Both the position numbers and the translations under genes were made by a program. Positions 1 through 24,700 of a stretch of 64,000 nt of DNA are shown here, in pieces. Numbering within the stretch: the first letter of the stretch is position 1; the number at the start of each line of letters is the position of its first letter. The stretch spans positions 731,506 to 795,505 of the forward strand of contig NW_019217786.1 in the NCBI RefSeq assembly GCF_002571385.2. Direction: 5' to 3'. The notes beneath the pieces were generated by a model. It did not search any database. It was not told the origin of the DNA and saw nothing but the letters and a program-made list of their open reading frames with translations. The stretch is from Stylophora pistillata. Taxonomy: Eukaryota.

Positions 1-15
1 TCGAATTAATTTGAT

Positions 16-205
16 GGCCTGCTCCCAGTTGGCTTGTTAGCTCAATTGGTAGAGCGCTGCACTAGTATCGCAGAGGTCAGTGGTTCGAATCCCGTACAGG
101 CCTGAAATTTTTTTCAGGTCTGATTTTCACTATTGCTCAAATAGTGTTTTACTGCGAAGGATCGTGAACATATACGTTTCATAACCGCAGTTCATACATA
201 TGTTT
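16..205 (+). mobile_element. tRNA-derived SINE with a tRNA-Thr(AGT)-like head at 31-103
   Basis: Has an A box (TAGCTCAATTGG), a B box (GGTTCGAATCC) and acceptor stem GGCTTGT/ACAGGCC, but the T-stem is broken. An identical copy including the 5' leader lies at 29852. The 3' end is approximate. Confidence 0.75.
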
Positions 206-358
206 CATATGTTTGTTGTTGTTTAAAGAGAATAAAGCTATGTAAATTATTGTTATGAGCGTGATCACCTCCAGTTTAAACTTATCGCCTGTTCTACAGG
301 CATTTTTTTAAAGAACAAACCTTCATCTTGAGTTTTCTCCTGTTTTGTGTTTTGGTAG

Positions 359-2042
359 TGATTGCTGAGAGTGATCTTGTCTACACTCAGGCGTTAACAG
401 GCAATGGTAGGGTGGACTACAAAGACAAAACTGTCCTCATCCTTGGTGGAGGTGATGGAGGTGTATTGCATGAGCTTCTAAAAGAAAGCCCAAAGTCTGT
501 TGTCATGGTAGAGATATCCTTTTCAAACAAATTTGAATCGTTAGCATTAGAGCTGGAAGAAAGATTTTAAGTGGAGGCTTCGCATACTTCTTCCTAGTGA
601 TCGATTTTAAATGGTCATTATAAAGGATAGACTTTTACTTGTATGAATTTGTCTTTAACAGCGAATCAAATCGACAAATATGTAATTAATGCTTCAAGGA
701 AGCATCTCAGAGGAATTTGTGGTGACTCGCTCGACACTTTACAAGGAAAAAACTACGAGGTGGGTTAAATAGATGTACAAACTGAATAACGACTGTAGAA
801 GGTTAAAACAATCTTTCGTTATTTATTTGAATTTGTTACTGCTTTCTATTATTGTTGAATACATTCTGGACTTTACTGATATCTTTTCACGGTTATCTTG
901 CTGCAGATTATAATTGCTGACTGTGCAGAAGTTATGCGTGAGTATGTGAGAAAGAATAGATCATTTGATTTCATAATCAATGACCTAACTGACGTTGTTA
1001 TCGGATCAAAAAAGGAAGGTGAGTCCTTGTTTATTGTCGTTTAGTTACTTTTCTTCTTTTCAAAACTTTCAATTTGCCTTAACTGACCACACTTTTTATC
1101 CGGCTGGCTGTTTAGGTTCTTATTTGGAATTTCAGAAAGAAATTCAAGACCTCTCCATTAGGTTGCTCTCTCCCTATGGAAAGTATTTCGTGCAAGTGAG
1201 TTACGTATTTCATCATATTTTAAAAGAACTATGTGGGGTCCTCAGACCCATATAGAAATAAACTAGGGTTTAGGACGGAGAGTGCGGTGGTTCTGCATTT
1301 TTTTTTTTTTTTTAATGTTCCTCCTCCAGTGAACATTGGTAACCTCGTCACAGTCTTAAGGAAATTTCAGGATGTTGCCAAATTAGAACAATGCTTAAGC
1401 TATAGGGTTAAAAGAAACTCACAGTTGTTCGAGTATTATTGCTACTAAATTTTGAGTTATTGAGTGTGAGAAAGCCATCGATCTGACTTTTACCTTACTC
1501 TATCATTTTCCGTTTAGGGTGCGAGCGGTTTTAATCAAAAGGAGCGCTTTAATTTGTACGAGGAACAACTCTCAAACCTGTGTTGTGAAGTGAACTTCAG
1601 GAAGGAGTTTGTTTTCGTTCCTTCCTTCTTAGAACTGTATCCTTTTATTCTTTTGCATTTCTCTTTACATTATTTTGAAAATACTGAGTCTATCTGGGAC
1701 GCGACCGACAATTGGTCAAAATCAAATTTGTTGTTGTCTCAGGTTAGCCCTTAAAAGCCAAAACATTTTAATTCTATTCCATAGGTTAGAAAAGAAAAAT
1801 CATTCTTTCAATCGGTTAACAAGTAACTGAAATGATCCCCTTTTAAAATTTGGAGAACGTAAAAACGCTTGAACTCGCTCATGGTTTGTTATGCGCAGTA
1901 GTGATGATAATTTGTGATCAACTGATTACTTTTATTTAATTTTCTCCTTAATTTACCTCAAAGATGGACGTTCTATGAAATATGGAAGAAAGAGACACCT
2001 AGTGAATTATCGAGTGGACTTACTGAGACCCAAGAAAAATAA
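359..2042 (+). CDS. SMS: Spermine synthase, 3' exons only (5' part lies outside the window). Exons 359-513, 670-759, 907-1018, 1116-1195, 1518-1636, 1964-2042
   Basis: Spliced peptide contains [37 protein letters not shown] and VPSFLELWTFY, collinear with metazoan spermine synthase. Exon phases are consistent and the stop TAA is at 2040-2042. Confidence 0.93.
514..669 (+). other. U12-type intron, AT-AA (or AT-AC if it ends at 675)
   Basis: 5' end ATATCCTTTT, branch site TCTTTAAC at 652-659. Homology (VE|IDKY) places the 3' end at 669. Confidence 0.85.
1637..1963 (+). other. U12-type GT-AG intron
   Basis: 5' end GTATCCTTTT and branch site TCTCCTTAAT about 12 nt upstream of the AG at 1962-1963. 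The junction restores FLEL-WTFY. Confidence 0.9.
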
Positions 2043-3239
2043 ATTTCATATCATAGAAATTCGCCGTTAAAACACTTAGAGTATATGCATTCATTCCGTG
2101 CGTTGTATTCCACTTCCAAATCTTCGTGCACACACGCGTATCCCAAGGAACGGGGCAGTTTTTGCGCAGCTGGTGCCTTGCATATACTGGGAAGTGACAT
2201 AGCTAGATAAGATTTTATAATGTTATGTGTTGTGCTGATTAGGATTCCATATTTTACTGAAGAGTAATGCGTGAATGAGACCTAGTCCTCTACACAACTG
2301 CTTTATTGGAATACGATGAACTGAATTGATACACAATCATAACTAATTAGACACAGGTTATCTAATAGCTGAAGTATTTAAATTTACCCAAATAGTACGA
2401 ACACCACATTATGACGTTTTTCCTGAGGGCGAATGCTAACAATCCAATTATGGTGTTGGATTAGATTATGTTAAAGTAGTTTCTTTCCTTTTTTGATCCA
2501 CTCAAAAAATGTGATGTTTTTAAATACCTGGCAATCTAAATCTTAGGCCTTACATTATGAGAAATGATTATGGATATTTAAATCTAAAACATAGATAAGT
2601 TTATAATATTTTTTATCTAGATTGTAGTTAATGTTTTAGGAAACCACTTCTGCTTCAGGCGTGGGTGCTACCTTTCTTGAAAATCAATTCCCGAAACATT
2701 CATAAATAGGGTTTTTCAAAAAAATCTATTGCTAGCAATGATTGCTCAGTAGCTTATGGTAAACGTTTTAAGTACACAACAAATAAAGGTTTCATCATTA
2801 ATGCTTCCTTTTAACCCCACCGCTTTTAATTTCACTTTACTGTTTTTATCGTGGGGTTTCCGAGGTGCCGCTGTACAGGGAATAGGTTTTTTTTACCTTC
2901 AACTTGGCCCTGTTTTGCGGTTTTTTGTACAGTTTAGTGGTTCATAACAAAAGGCTTTCAAAACCGTGCACGTATAACTATCAACCTCCCCCCCCCTCCC
3001 CCCTTCCTTCCCTCACTACCCTCGATCTCACTACCCTTGATGATCAGTGGAACAGATGGACTGGTGCATACTTTGTGACCAAGCCTCCTGGTTCCGTTGC
3101 TTTTTCTGTAGCTTGGTTGCTAAGCAAACAAGGCGCTCAAACGAAGTACGTGTTGTTATCGTTCACTGCGGGAGCTTTCTCTGTCTTTCCCAGCCGTCTA
3201 ACTTTCGATCGTTTTTAAAGCAAAATGTATACCAGTAGT

Positions 3240-4489
3240 ATGGCTAAGAAAGGACCTTACGAAATGGATTCGTTTTATAATCTCCGACCTCTACCATCAA
3301 GAGGAACAAGAAAGCGAAATCCCGACGAAGATTTCATTCTCCGTGGTCATCGAACTCCTGCCAGGTACATACACGAGCTCTTACAACTGTTCTGTCAGCT
3401 TTTAACCGCAAAATATACGAAGTATTTTATTTATTATGAAAAGCATGTTAGGATCTATGGTTATCTGATTACAGGTATTTTGTTCTTCATGTTAGATAGG
3501 ACCTTCTCGTTATAAGAGGTTCCAACTGGTACTGATATAATCGCAGTTTCAATCTACCAGAGTAACGATTAACTTGTAGATTATCATCACAAAATATTAA
3601 GCTGTGATACTGAACAAGTTTTTAAAGATATTTTAACTCTTGTCAGTGCCTACAATTTCTTTATGCACTTAAAAACTTGCAATTTGTAAACCAAATTAAG
3701 TGATAACCAATGATGAGTTTTAAGTCTAAATTGTTTGTTTGGCTCCACAGATTGAAGCCTCAGAACTACCGAACCAACTCTGAGATGACCATAACCGCCA
3801 AAGAAGCTACGAGAACACCCTCAAAGCAATCTGTGAATTTTCAGGAATCACAGACATCTGATGTAGAGTTTGACCCAGAGGATTTAGCTTTGGACTTATC
3901 AGAATTTGCTGATGGACCAGAAGAAGAACTTGTTGGGTTGCAAGATAAATCAAGTGAAAATGATGCATTTTTGAACAGTAGTTACAACTCAGACAGTTGG
4001 TTTATAAAGCCACTTCACCGCACAATGAGTGCACCAGTTGACATTGAGGAAATCGCCCGAAGACAGCCTCTAAAAGCTTCTGTGTTAAGATCAGCTATGG
4101 CAGGAAATGTGACAAGTGTACCCAGTGAAAAGATCAGGAAGACACCAATCAATGACTTTGATTTGTCACTCTTTAGAGAGGCAGAAAATTGCATGTTGAG
4201 TTCACGAACAATAAGTGCTCTGGCAACACCATATCAAGAAGAACTGGCCAGGTTAAGATTAGACAGGTTACGTTTAGAGGAGCAAAGGCTTCTCAAAAAG
4301 AAATGTGTGGATGAACTAGAGAGAATCCGTGGACCTAAACCTAGGTGGTATGAACTCAAGACTCCTGAATTTCACCGTGAAGCAAAGAGGAACAATGATA
4401 TACTATCATTGTCAGGTCACTATGAAGATATCATGGAATACAGAAAACAGCTTTTGTCTCGTGTTGGAGAAGAAAAGGTTGCACAGTGA
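3240..4489 (+). CDS. Uncharacterised 2-exon protein (exons 3240-3364, 3751-4489) with a C-terminal coiled coil followed by RGPKPRWYELK
   Basis: GT-AG intron 3365-3750 keeps the frame (AG|A = Arg). The second exon is a long open frame and AATAAA follows near 4803. An alternative in-frame ATG is at 3225. Confidence 0.75.
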
Positions 4490-5527
4490 TGGTCAGGGAT
4501 TGTGAACCTTGCGCATAGAAAAAACATTAATTTTCCATACAAATATCATTTGCTTAACAATGAAGGTCTCCATCACCAATATTTTTTTAATGTTTGCATC
4601 ATAATTTTTTAACTGAACTTTCAGATGTGAGTGAAATCTTTTGTTCCAGACTGATTTTAAGCTTTAGTGTTGTATATATATTGGCACTGGCTTTGGTTAT
4701 TTTTGTTAACTTGGAATATTTCTCCAATTCATGTTATAACTTGGAATATTTTCCCAGTACATGTGAGGTAATGATAAATGTGCAATAATCTTAACAGCAT
4801 TTAATAAAAGGAAATGAATGCTTTAATTTAGTTTTTGTAACTACCTGCAACCCTGGACCTTGAGGATTTTGCATTTGGTTCTTTTTCATTTACTTATGTG
4901 GAAATATCACAGGGGAGAGATAAAAAAGTCAAGTACTTGTTGCAGAATACTATATCCACTGCCATTATCCAAAATGCATTGGTGTGAGACTCCGTGTCAA
5001 ATAGTGTGTGAAAATCTTGAGGGATAAACCTTTTAAGGACCAATACATGAGACAAAATGAGAAGTGTACAGCTGCATATGGGCAAATTGTAGAGCAAATA
5101 AAACCTTTGCAGTTTGTCAGTTACTTTATTTAGTTATAAGCTTGGTTCAATGCTTTTACAAATGTTCTACACAGAGGAACCATTGTCCTTGTGCATGTTC
5201 AGCATGTACTAAAGTAGGATTACCTCAGTCTGGATAAATATCTAATGGTGTATATATGAACCGAATCAATTGCAAATTATAAAAATTATAAATATGCCTC
5301 TATTCTACCGTCATTGGTCAGCGTCCTAAATCGCAGGCTTAGTCTGACTCATCACCAGGTTCTCACGTTTCCCCACTTGACGTGGCATGGACCGCGGCAT
5401 GTTCAAATAGGTAAACACAGCGTCCAACAGAGCGAGCATCTGGAGAAATATCTCCATTTCTCGACTTCATTTAAGTTAGATGTCGCTTCTCTGGATGGAA
5501 TGAAACATCGGATGCATTTTCCCGAAA

Positions 5528-17297
<11,770 letters not shown>

Positions 17298-18165
17298 AGT
17301 GTAAAATAAAAGTAAAAAAGCTAAAATATTCTTGTTGATCGAGAGTTAAAGAAAGAGAATTGTGACGTCATATTTTCGTAAGTTGCAAACATTTTGCCCC
17401 TAATGAAGCGGATGGATGAAAATAGATGAAGTTTCCAAGAGTCTCATACCTCGTTGACGCACAACGGTCAGTTGGACACTGAAGGTCATCTTCTTGTAGA
17501 CTTGGTGTACTATACTCATCTGGATTTATTTGCTTTCGCGCAAATTGCGTGATGAATTCATTACTCACAGTGAAATATTAAGTAGAAACATCGGAACAAA
17601 TTGTAAACAGTTTTTTTATTATATGTCTTGGAATATTTATAGGTTTTTCGATTCACTTAGAGACGAATTAATTTCTTATTCAATGAAAGTGGAAACTATT
17701 TATTGTTCCTGAATAAAAGAATGCCTTGACCCAGCTTCACTATAAGTAACTTCTTTATACCACATGTTTGAACGGTCGTCTCCGGAGTTCAAACGTTTTA
17801 GTTTGCATGCGATGTTTTTTTAAAGCTTATTTTTACGTGCATTGATTTTAGTAAACTTTTACTGTGTTAGTGCAACTTTCTAAACCAGCACGTTACAGAA
17901 CTAACTGTTAGAGGGGTTGTGGGTTCCTTCCTTATGGCAGTTATAAAAGAAATAAGCAGCAAAATGTTTCAATGGCCATATCAATTCTTTGACATTCCTA
18001 GTACCGACTTCTGGTGTTTATTGAATCTAAAGTTTTGCTCTAAAGTTGATGACCACCCACCCTTCTCTTCCTCGGTAGAACGCGGACTTGTGTGTGATTG
18101 TCATCTTTAACTCTTTATATTTTGAAATTAAGGGACGAGTACCCCTTCCTTTAAATTGCCTAATA

Positions 18166-19149
18166 CTACAAATTTGCATTACTTGACAGTTCAATGTGTA
18201 CTCCGCTGTTGATCGTGTTGACTGTCCGTGATGAACTAGCGCGAGAACTTCCAAACGTTTGGTTCTGCAATCTCGATTTTTCTCGGCATCTGGTCCAAAG
18301 TAACTCCAGCGTTCTTTTTATATCGCGGTTGAAGATGGAATAAATGATTGGATTTAATACTGGAGATAAAGACATTAAGCCAAATGTAATCAGGTCGTAT
18401 TCCCCGTAAGACTTAGAAAAGTGAGAAATTCTTGCAATCAGGTAACTTCCTCGTGGCAACCAACAACACGCAAAACAGATTGTGACGCCGAGGCAGGACC
18501 TGATTGCTTTGGTTAACTTTAATCGTTGATTTCTCGAGGCACGGCCGTTTAATTTCCGCACTCGGTGTTCCTGCATCGTGGCCGCGCGAGAAATTCGAAC
18601 ATATGCGAAAACAACTCCCCCAGTTGCCATTAGTAAGAAAGAGAAAAGAAATGCATCGAAAGTGCCGTTGAAGGGTTGAAAAGAGATTTCTGGTGACAGG
18701 ATCCAAAGCAACTTGAAAAAGTTTATTCCTGGTAGAATCCAAACTAAGAACAGAACTTTGCACACCTTTGGACCGGCCATTTTGATGCAGTACGTAAGTG
18801 GATAGAGAATTGCTTGATATCTGTCGTAAGTTAGGGCGCAAATGCTAAGGAAAGATAAGCTTAATACATAATCTACTGCCGTGACAACTGCTGTTAGCCA
18901 TTGAGGTACGGGTGAGACTCCAAAGCATAACATCTTCCATGGTATTGCCACAAAACCGACCAGAATATCTGCAAAGGCCAAGTTTACAAAGAACAAGTTG
19001 CTGATGTTGTGAAGTCGCTTTTGCGTCCAAAGCAAAGTGCAAATTGTAGTGTTCAAAATGGCAATGATTAAGCTCGTCGAACCAAACCAGCAGAAGATAA
19101 AAACTGTTTGCCAAGAGGTGCCATTTACGTTGCCCAAAGTTTCGTTCAT
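18166..19149 (-). CDS. Intronless rhodopsin-family (class A) GPCR, 327 aa, ligand unknown
   Basis: Seven hydrophobic segments with NLAFAD (TM2), DRY, CWLP (TM6) and NPIIY (TM7). N-terminal N-glycosylation sequons NET and NGT. Confidence 0.92.
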   Translation of the reverse strand: MNETLGNVNGTSWQTVFIFCWFGSTSLIIAILNTTICTLLWTQKRLHNISNLFFVNLAFADILVGFVAIPWKMLCFGVSPVPQWLTAVVTAVDYVLSLSFLSICALTYDRYQAILYPLTYCIKMAGPKVCKVLFLVWILPGINFFKLLWILSPEISFQPFNGTFDAFLFSFLLMATGGVVFAYVRISRAATMQEHRVRKLNGRASRNQRLKLTKAIRSCLGVTICFACCWLPRGSYLIARISHFSKSYGEYDLITFGLMSLSPVLNPIIYSIFNRDIKRTLELLWTRCREKSRLQNQTFGSSRASSSRTVNTINSGVHIELSSNANL

Positions 19150-21141
19150 TTTTTATTGAAGTGAAAAAATAAATAATCTTTTTCTTCGATCGACGCAGTT
19201 CGTCAAATTCAAATTTTTCTTTCAAAAACGGACGGATCTCTCTGATTCAGAATTCGGTGTGGGAAACGAACCAGTGCTTTCCTGTTATTAGTTCAAGCAG
19301 AGAAAATGTGATTGAGAATGCAGCTTTCTAATAGTTAAAAGCATTTTTCGTCAGACCCCGATGCATTCATTACCGCACGTGCGAATATCGCACCTGTCGT
19401 GATCATGGAAATGCTTGGGTCGACTTTCACTGTCCTCCAGGTCCTCCAGAGAATTAGAGAGAAATAGTGTGATTATTAGAATGAAAGTAAGAAACTAAGG
19501 CTCCCAAACTGTAATCGTAAAGGCAAGCTCCACCACTGTTATCACGATTTTTGGTGATGATTTTTTTTTTATGGACATTTCGCAAAAGGCATCAATTAAC
19601 ACGTTTTCGCTCATCCAATAACAGCTTTCTGTAGCAAATTAAAGATATAATGGGGAGCGCAAGGAAAGCTAAGTAAACGACGTGGCAGCTGTCCTTCAAA
19701 CTAATCGATAATCAGGCAAATTTTCTTAACCAATTCACGAAATTCAAAGTAAACGCACCTCTGATAAGTTAAATTTGCATAATGTTTTAATAAAATTCTG
19801 TCGGTAACTTACTCATCACCACCTTCCAATCTTTGACTTCATTAGATACTTTTTAACTTAAGCTCAATTCAGATTATCAAGATTAAAACTTGGGTTGAGA
19901 ATACTTAATTATGTTAAAAATATATTATTTCATGGTAAAATATCTTCCAGCTGCCTGAAGAATTTACTTGACGTGAGAATATTGCACCGGAAAGTTGTTT
20001 GTCCTTCTGTAGTTTCATCATAACGACGTTGAAAGGGAAAGAAGTTGACAGGTTTCATACTTGTTTGATTAACGTTTGCGGACTGTTGCGCAGTTCTTTT
20101 TATTATTAGAGTTGAAAGGTTCGCAATGATCACAAATAACATGGATTTGAAAATTTCGTACTTTTTTTCAATGAATTGACGTAGTCTGCAAAAAATTAAC
20201 AATTTTTAACTAATTTGATTTAATTTTACCGTTGCAATGACAATAGGAACGTGACCCGGAAAAAATTGTATCTTGCATCAAACTTTTTTCCCTGAATTCT
20301 TCTTTGTTGTGTGAAATGAAAATTAACTCAAAGGGGTTATTGCGAGTGTTCATCGGTAAAGACAGCCGATTTCTAGAGGAAAGCTGAACAAAATTGTTAC
20401 TGCGAAGGCAAGTGACAATTACAAACGACTGGGCTTGGGGGCTAGCGGTAAATTAAGATGTCTTTCTTGTGACTGGAGTTGGGGAGTACAACGGAAGGGA
20501 AAGGGGGTCGAGACTACAGTTTTCAGTTCACATCGCCGTTCCTGCAGACTCAGTGTTGCGACTCGACCTGCAATACGCACTTCCAGCCTTTAAGTCCTCA
20601 CGGGAGAAGCCATGCCGTCCATTTATAGTTGATTTTAATATAAAATAATTTTTTTCTAAGCTTTACATGCGTCCGACGTGCTGAATGTCTTTCCGGTTTC
20701 CGAGTCCACCAGTGACATTTGAGTTCAACTTTAGCATGAGTAATTCTATCAACTTAGGACGGTCCACGTGTTCTTAGTCATTTCCTCTCAGCTGGTTCAA
20801 AGGAGTAGAGAAGAGAAAAAAGTACTTGCATACTATCTCCTTAAACGATGGTTTACAAACTGGAGCTCGTGGAGGAGAAATTCAATTTAAGAGTCGCGCA
20901 ACCACCTGCTATCAAGAACCCGTTCTGTAAAGTAATCCAACGTTTAATACTAACAGAAATAATGATAACAATAATAATGAAAATAATAATGAATCTCATG
21001 ATAATGGACGGTGATAATGGTCATAGAATTTGTCTACAGTCTTCACACAATGCATTTGGCTCCCGACTAAGTCAAATGCAATGCGTGAAGAGTGTACTAA
21101 ATGAATTTTCCTACAGTTTTCCAATAACTTGAGTAACATAC

Positions 21142-21192
21142 TGATCGTGGAACCCTCGTGATCGTGATCGTGATCGTGATCGTGGAACCCTC
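21142..21192 (+). repeat. (CGTGAT)n microsatellite bracketed by a duplicated TGATCGTGGAACCCTC
   Basis: Read directly from the sequence. Confidence 0.8.
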
Positions 21193-21708
21193 CTATGGCC
21201 GCGGTTGCCATCGGCGAGGACACCATATGATCAGCTGCCTCAATCACCCCATGGGTAATTCCGACTTGTACAAATCTTTTGTATCCTGGGATATCAATAA
21301 ATTTTGATTATCGTTACAGTCGGTCAAGGGTGGAAAATTCCGCACGAAATGTGGATATGGCCAGTAAAAAATATTAATTCAGAATATCAAAAGAATATAG
21401 TTGTGGACCCTCAGAAAACAATTCCTCATTAGCTCAATCATCGTTTATTTTCGGAGATGGAGCTTCAGAGCTTCCATGATATCAAGAAGGATAATGCCAG
21501 TTAAAAAATAAAAAAAATAACATCACATCCTCGAAGCTTTAGAAGTAAAATATACGTGACTTTTAATTTTTCATGAATGAGCACACTCATGACGTCATGC
21601 AATGTCATGAGAGCGAGGCGATGCACCTCAGCCACATCATTTACAGACAATATTTCTCGATTGTAGAAGGATTTATCAGCGAAAAATCACCTTAATTCGT
21701 CACGAATT

Positions 21709-24700
21709 ATGGTCTCGAGAGGTTTAGTTTCATTTTCCTCTTTACTCCAAAGAGTGACATCAGGGGTTGCTGTAGGCCCAGCGCGATATCTTTACGCGTC
21801 AAATGCGAGGCCGCTAACCTTTCGTCCTGTTTCATATGTTTTGGGAGAGCGGATGAGCAGTTCGTCAACAGGTAAACTGAGGCAGATCATGCCAACGGAA
21901 TATGAACAAAAATACTATCAAAGGTGCAACCTCGTTCAGCTTTGGCTACTTTAGTTCGTAAGGGAGGGTATTACACAGTTTGGAGACAACTGCCAACGAC
22001 TGCACTGATAGTACAGTACTTCAGTCAGTCAATATGCTACTGAAAGAATTTTCAGCGATGCGTATCCAAAGCGGGTAGATTTCTCTGTCTGGTGAGCAAA
22101 AACGTTTTTCCTCAGCTAGTTTCCCAGCTGTTGTTGTTCTCATTCCAGACACATCTCACGGGGCAAATTGGATTTCACGTTTGCCCTGGGAAGAGAACAC
22201 AAAACCTTTGTTTCTCAGACCTGTTGCTTGGTTTTAATTAGGTAGCAACCCATAGAACCACCTTACCCTTTTGAAATAACAACAACAACAACAACAAAAA
22301 CAATTTGTGTTGTGTTTTATGTTACAGAGAGTGGAATACCCATGATGCATCATGTGTCAGCTGTTGACAGATTCACTTTGATTGCTACAAGAACCATGAA
22401 ACCACCAATACCAGCTGAAGTCACGTAAGTACATGATCTTGTAAACCCACCTTCCCAATGTTTGGCACTGCTGTTGTCCATGTGTTTGACTAATGAAATA
22501 CTTCCCAGCAAAAATCTTCTGAAATCAATGGCTTTTTCTGTGCACTAATCACTGGGCCCTTCTCAGTTCTGAAAGTAGGATACCGCACACTCAGAAATTT
22601 TGCTCTTGAAAGAACAATAAACAGTGAAGTGAACCCCATCTAGTGGTTTGTTTTGGCACTGAATTCATACTTTCTGACCTGATCTTTTTTTTTTTTACCT
22701 AAGTATTTAGGTTTTGTACGTAGAAAGAAAGAGGTGCTTGCAATTTTAGTTGCTTGGATGTAAGATTTTCGACAAAAAAAAAAGATTAATTTTATAATAT
22801 CCTCTTAGGATACTTTTGTCAAGATTGGAATAGATATGTAACAAATTTGACGAAATAAATGACTTTTTTAAGAGACATGTTTCAACAGTAACTACTTTCA
22901 TCTTCAGTTAAAATATTACAATGTACAAAATTGAATTTAAAGTGTGTACGTAATGCTCATGAGACAAACAACAATAGAGACTAAAATAATGTATGCAATT
23001 ACAAAGAAAATTTTAGATTGACATGACCAAGTTGATGACTGAGGGTAGGTTGCTCCCATTGAATATGTATGGCTTCTTTGATTTTGAGTTGTAGTGTTGT
23101 GGGAGTGTGATCTAGGATGTTAAAACACTCATTAGAACAAAGATTGCAGCATTGCTGGGAATTTTTTAGATGTTTGAAAATGAGGGTGCACCTATCACGG
23201 ACCAAGTGCTCATGCACATGTGTGGATAAATGCTGAGAGGTTTCTCCAACATAGGAAGCATTACAGCCTGCACAAAAAAACTTATAAACCACACTTGAAT
23301 GGAGCCCACAAGGGATAGGGTCATAAACACCAAACGTGTTACCTATTTTACAAGATGAAGAAAACCAACTTAATATCTATGTTGTTGCAATAATGCTTAG
23401 CAACTCAAAATCAAAGAAGCCATCCAAATTCAAAGGCAGTGACCTACACTCAATCATCAACTGTATCATGTTAATCTGAAACTTTCTTTGTAATTGTGTA
23501 TATTGTTTTTGTCTCTATTGGTCTTTGTCTCCTGAGTATTATGTATACACTTGAAATTCAACTTTGTACTTTGTAATATTTAACTGAAGATGATAGTAGT
23601 TACTGTGAAAACATATCATTTAGAAATGTTTATTATTTTGTCAAATTAGATACTTTTGTACCCTGAAAATGTACAGGGGGTTATGAACAGAATTCAGTGT
23701 TTATAGTGAAAAGTTAGATCTGTTAGCTGAATTCATACAGCAGATTGGAGATAGATTTTTGTTGTATTTTAGATCCTGAACTGAGGCTAATCCACATGGG
23801 AGGGTAATAGCATGATTTCTGATTTATTGTACAACAACTGTTACTAAGTATGCAGGAAATCTGCAGGTATTAGGGCAAATGCAAGTACAGTTAATAAAAT
23901 ATAATTTGGTTATATCAACTAAGTTGAAATTGTAAATTGGCGACCATAATGAGTTAAAAAGCTGACGTTTCAAGCGTTAGCCCCATTCCATTTGATCTAA
24001 TGAAGGGCTAACACTCGAAACGTCAGCTTTTTAACTCGTTATGTGGCCAATTTACAATTCAACTTAGTTGATATAACCAAATTATCTTGTTACCCCCACC
24101 CACCCAGCATCACAGTTTCTTTAAAAACTTTCAGCCTTAATTCATTTGTCTTAATAAAATATATCTCTGAGAGCTGTAATTGTGGAATATCCTCTGATCC
24201 AGTTAATCTCTGTTTATAAGGGTTGACTTTGTAGTCTGCTTTTATTAAATGAAAAAAGTACCTCTTTAAATTACATGCTTATTGAATTAATCTGATAGGG
24301 ATAGCAAAGAATCATCCATATATCCATATCAATTAAAGGCTTGAACTGATCATAGTCCCGACAAAGTAGATGGATACTGAACACCTTGAATGCACTACCT
24401 GCCATCCTGTATCTAATGAATCATCCATATATCCATATCAATTAAAGGCTTGAACTGATCATAGTCCCGACAAAGTAGATGGATACTGAACACCTTGAAT
24501 GCACTACCTGCCATCGTGCATCTAATGAATTACTGTATTCTTCATTAAGACACTCCAGATTCCCAATTAAGAAGTGACTGGAATAAATAAGTCTTGCCAT
24601 TCTTCTTAATCTAAGGGTACACCAAATTACTCTTTTTAACAATTGTGTAGGGAAATTATGATTAGCATTGATTTTTCCTTTTTTTCAAATTTTAGTGCAG

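Noticed and set aside
31-103. Functional tRNA-Thr(AGT) gene (also 29867-29939)
   Set aside because: The T-stem has two mismatches and the anticodon stem has one. Both copies share non-tRNA flanks, which fits a SINE head better.
20996-21247. His/Asp-repeat metal-binding peptide ORF (HDHDHDHDHE)
   Set aside because: The repeat is a (CGTGAT)n microsatellite and there is no other coding or splice support.
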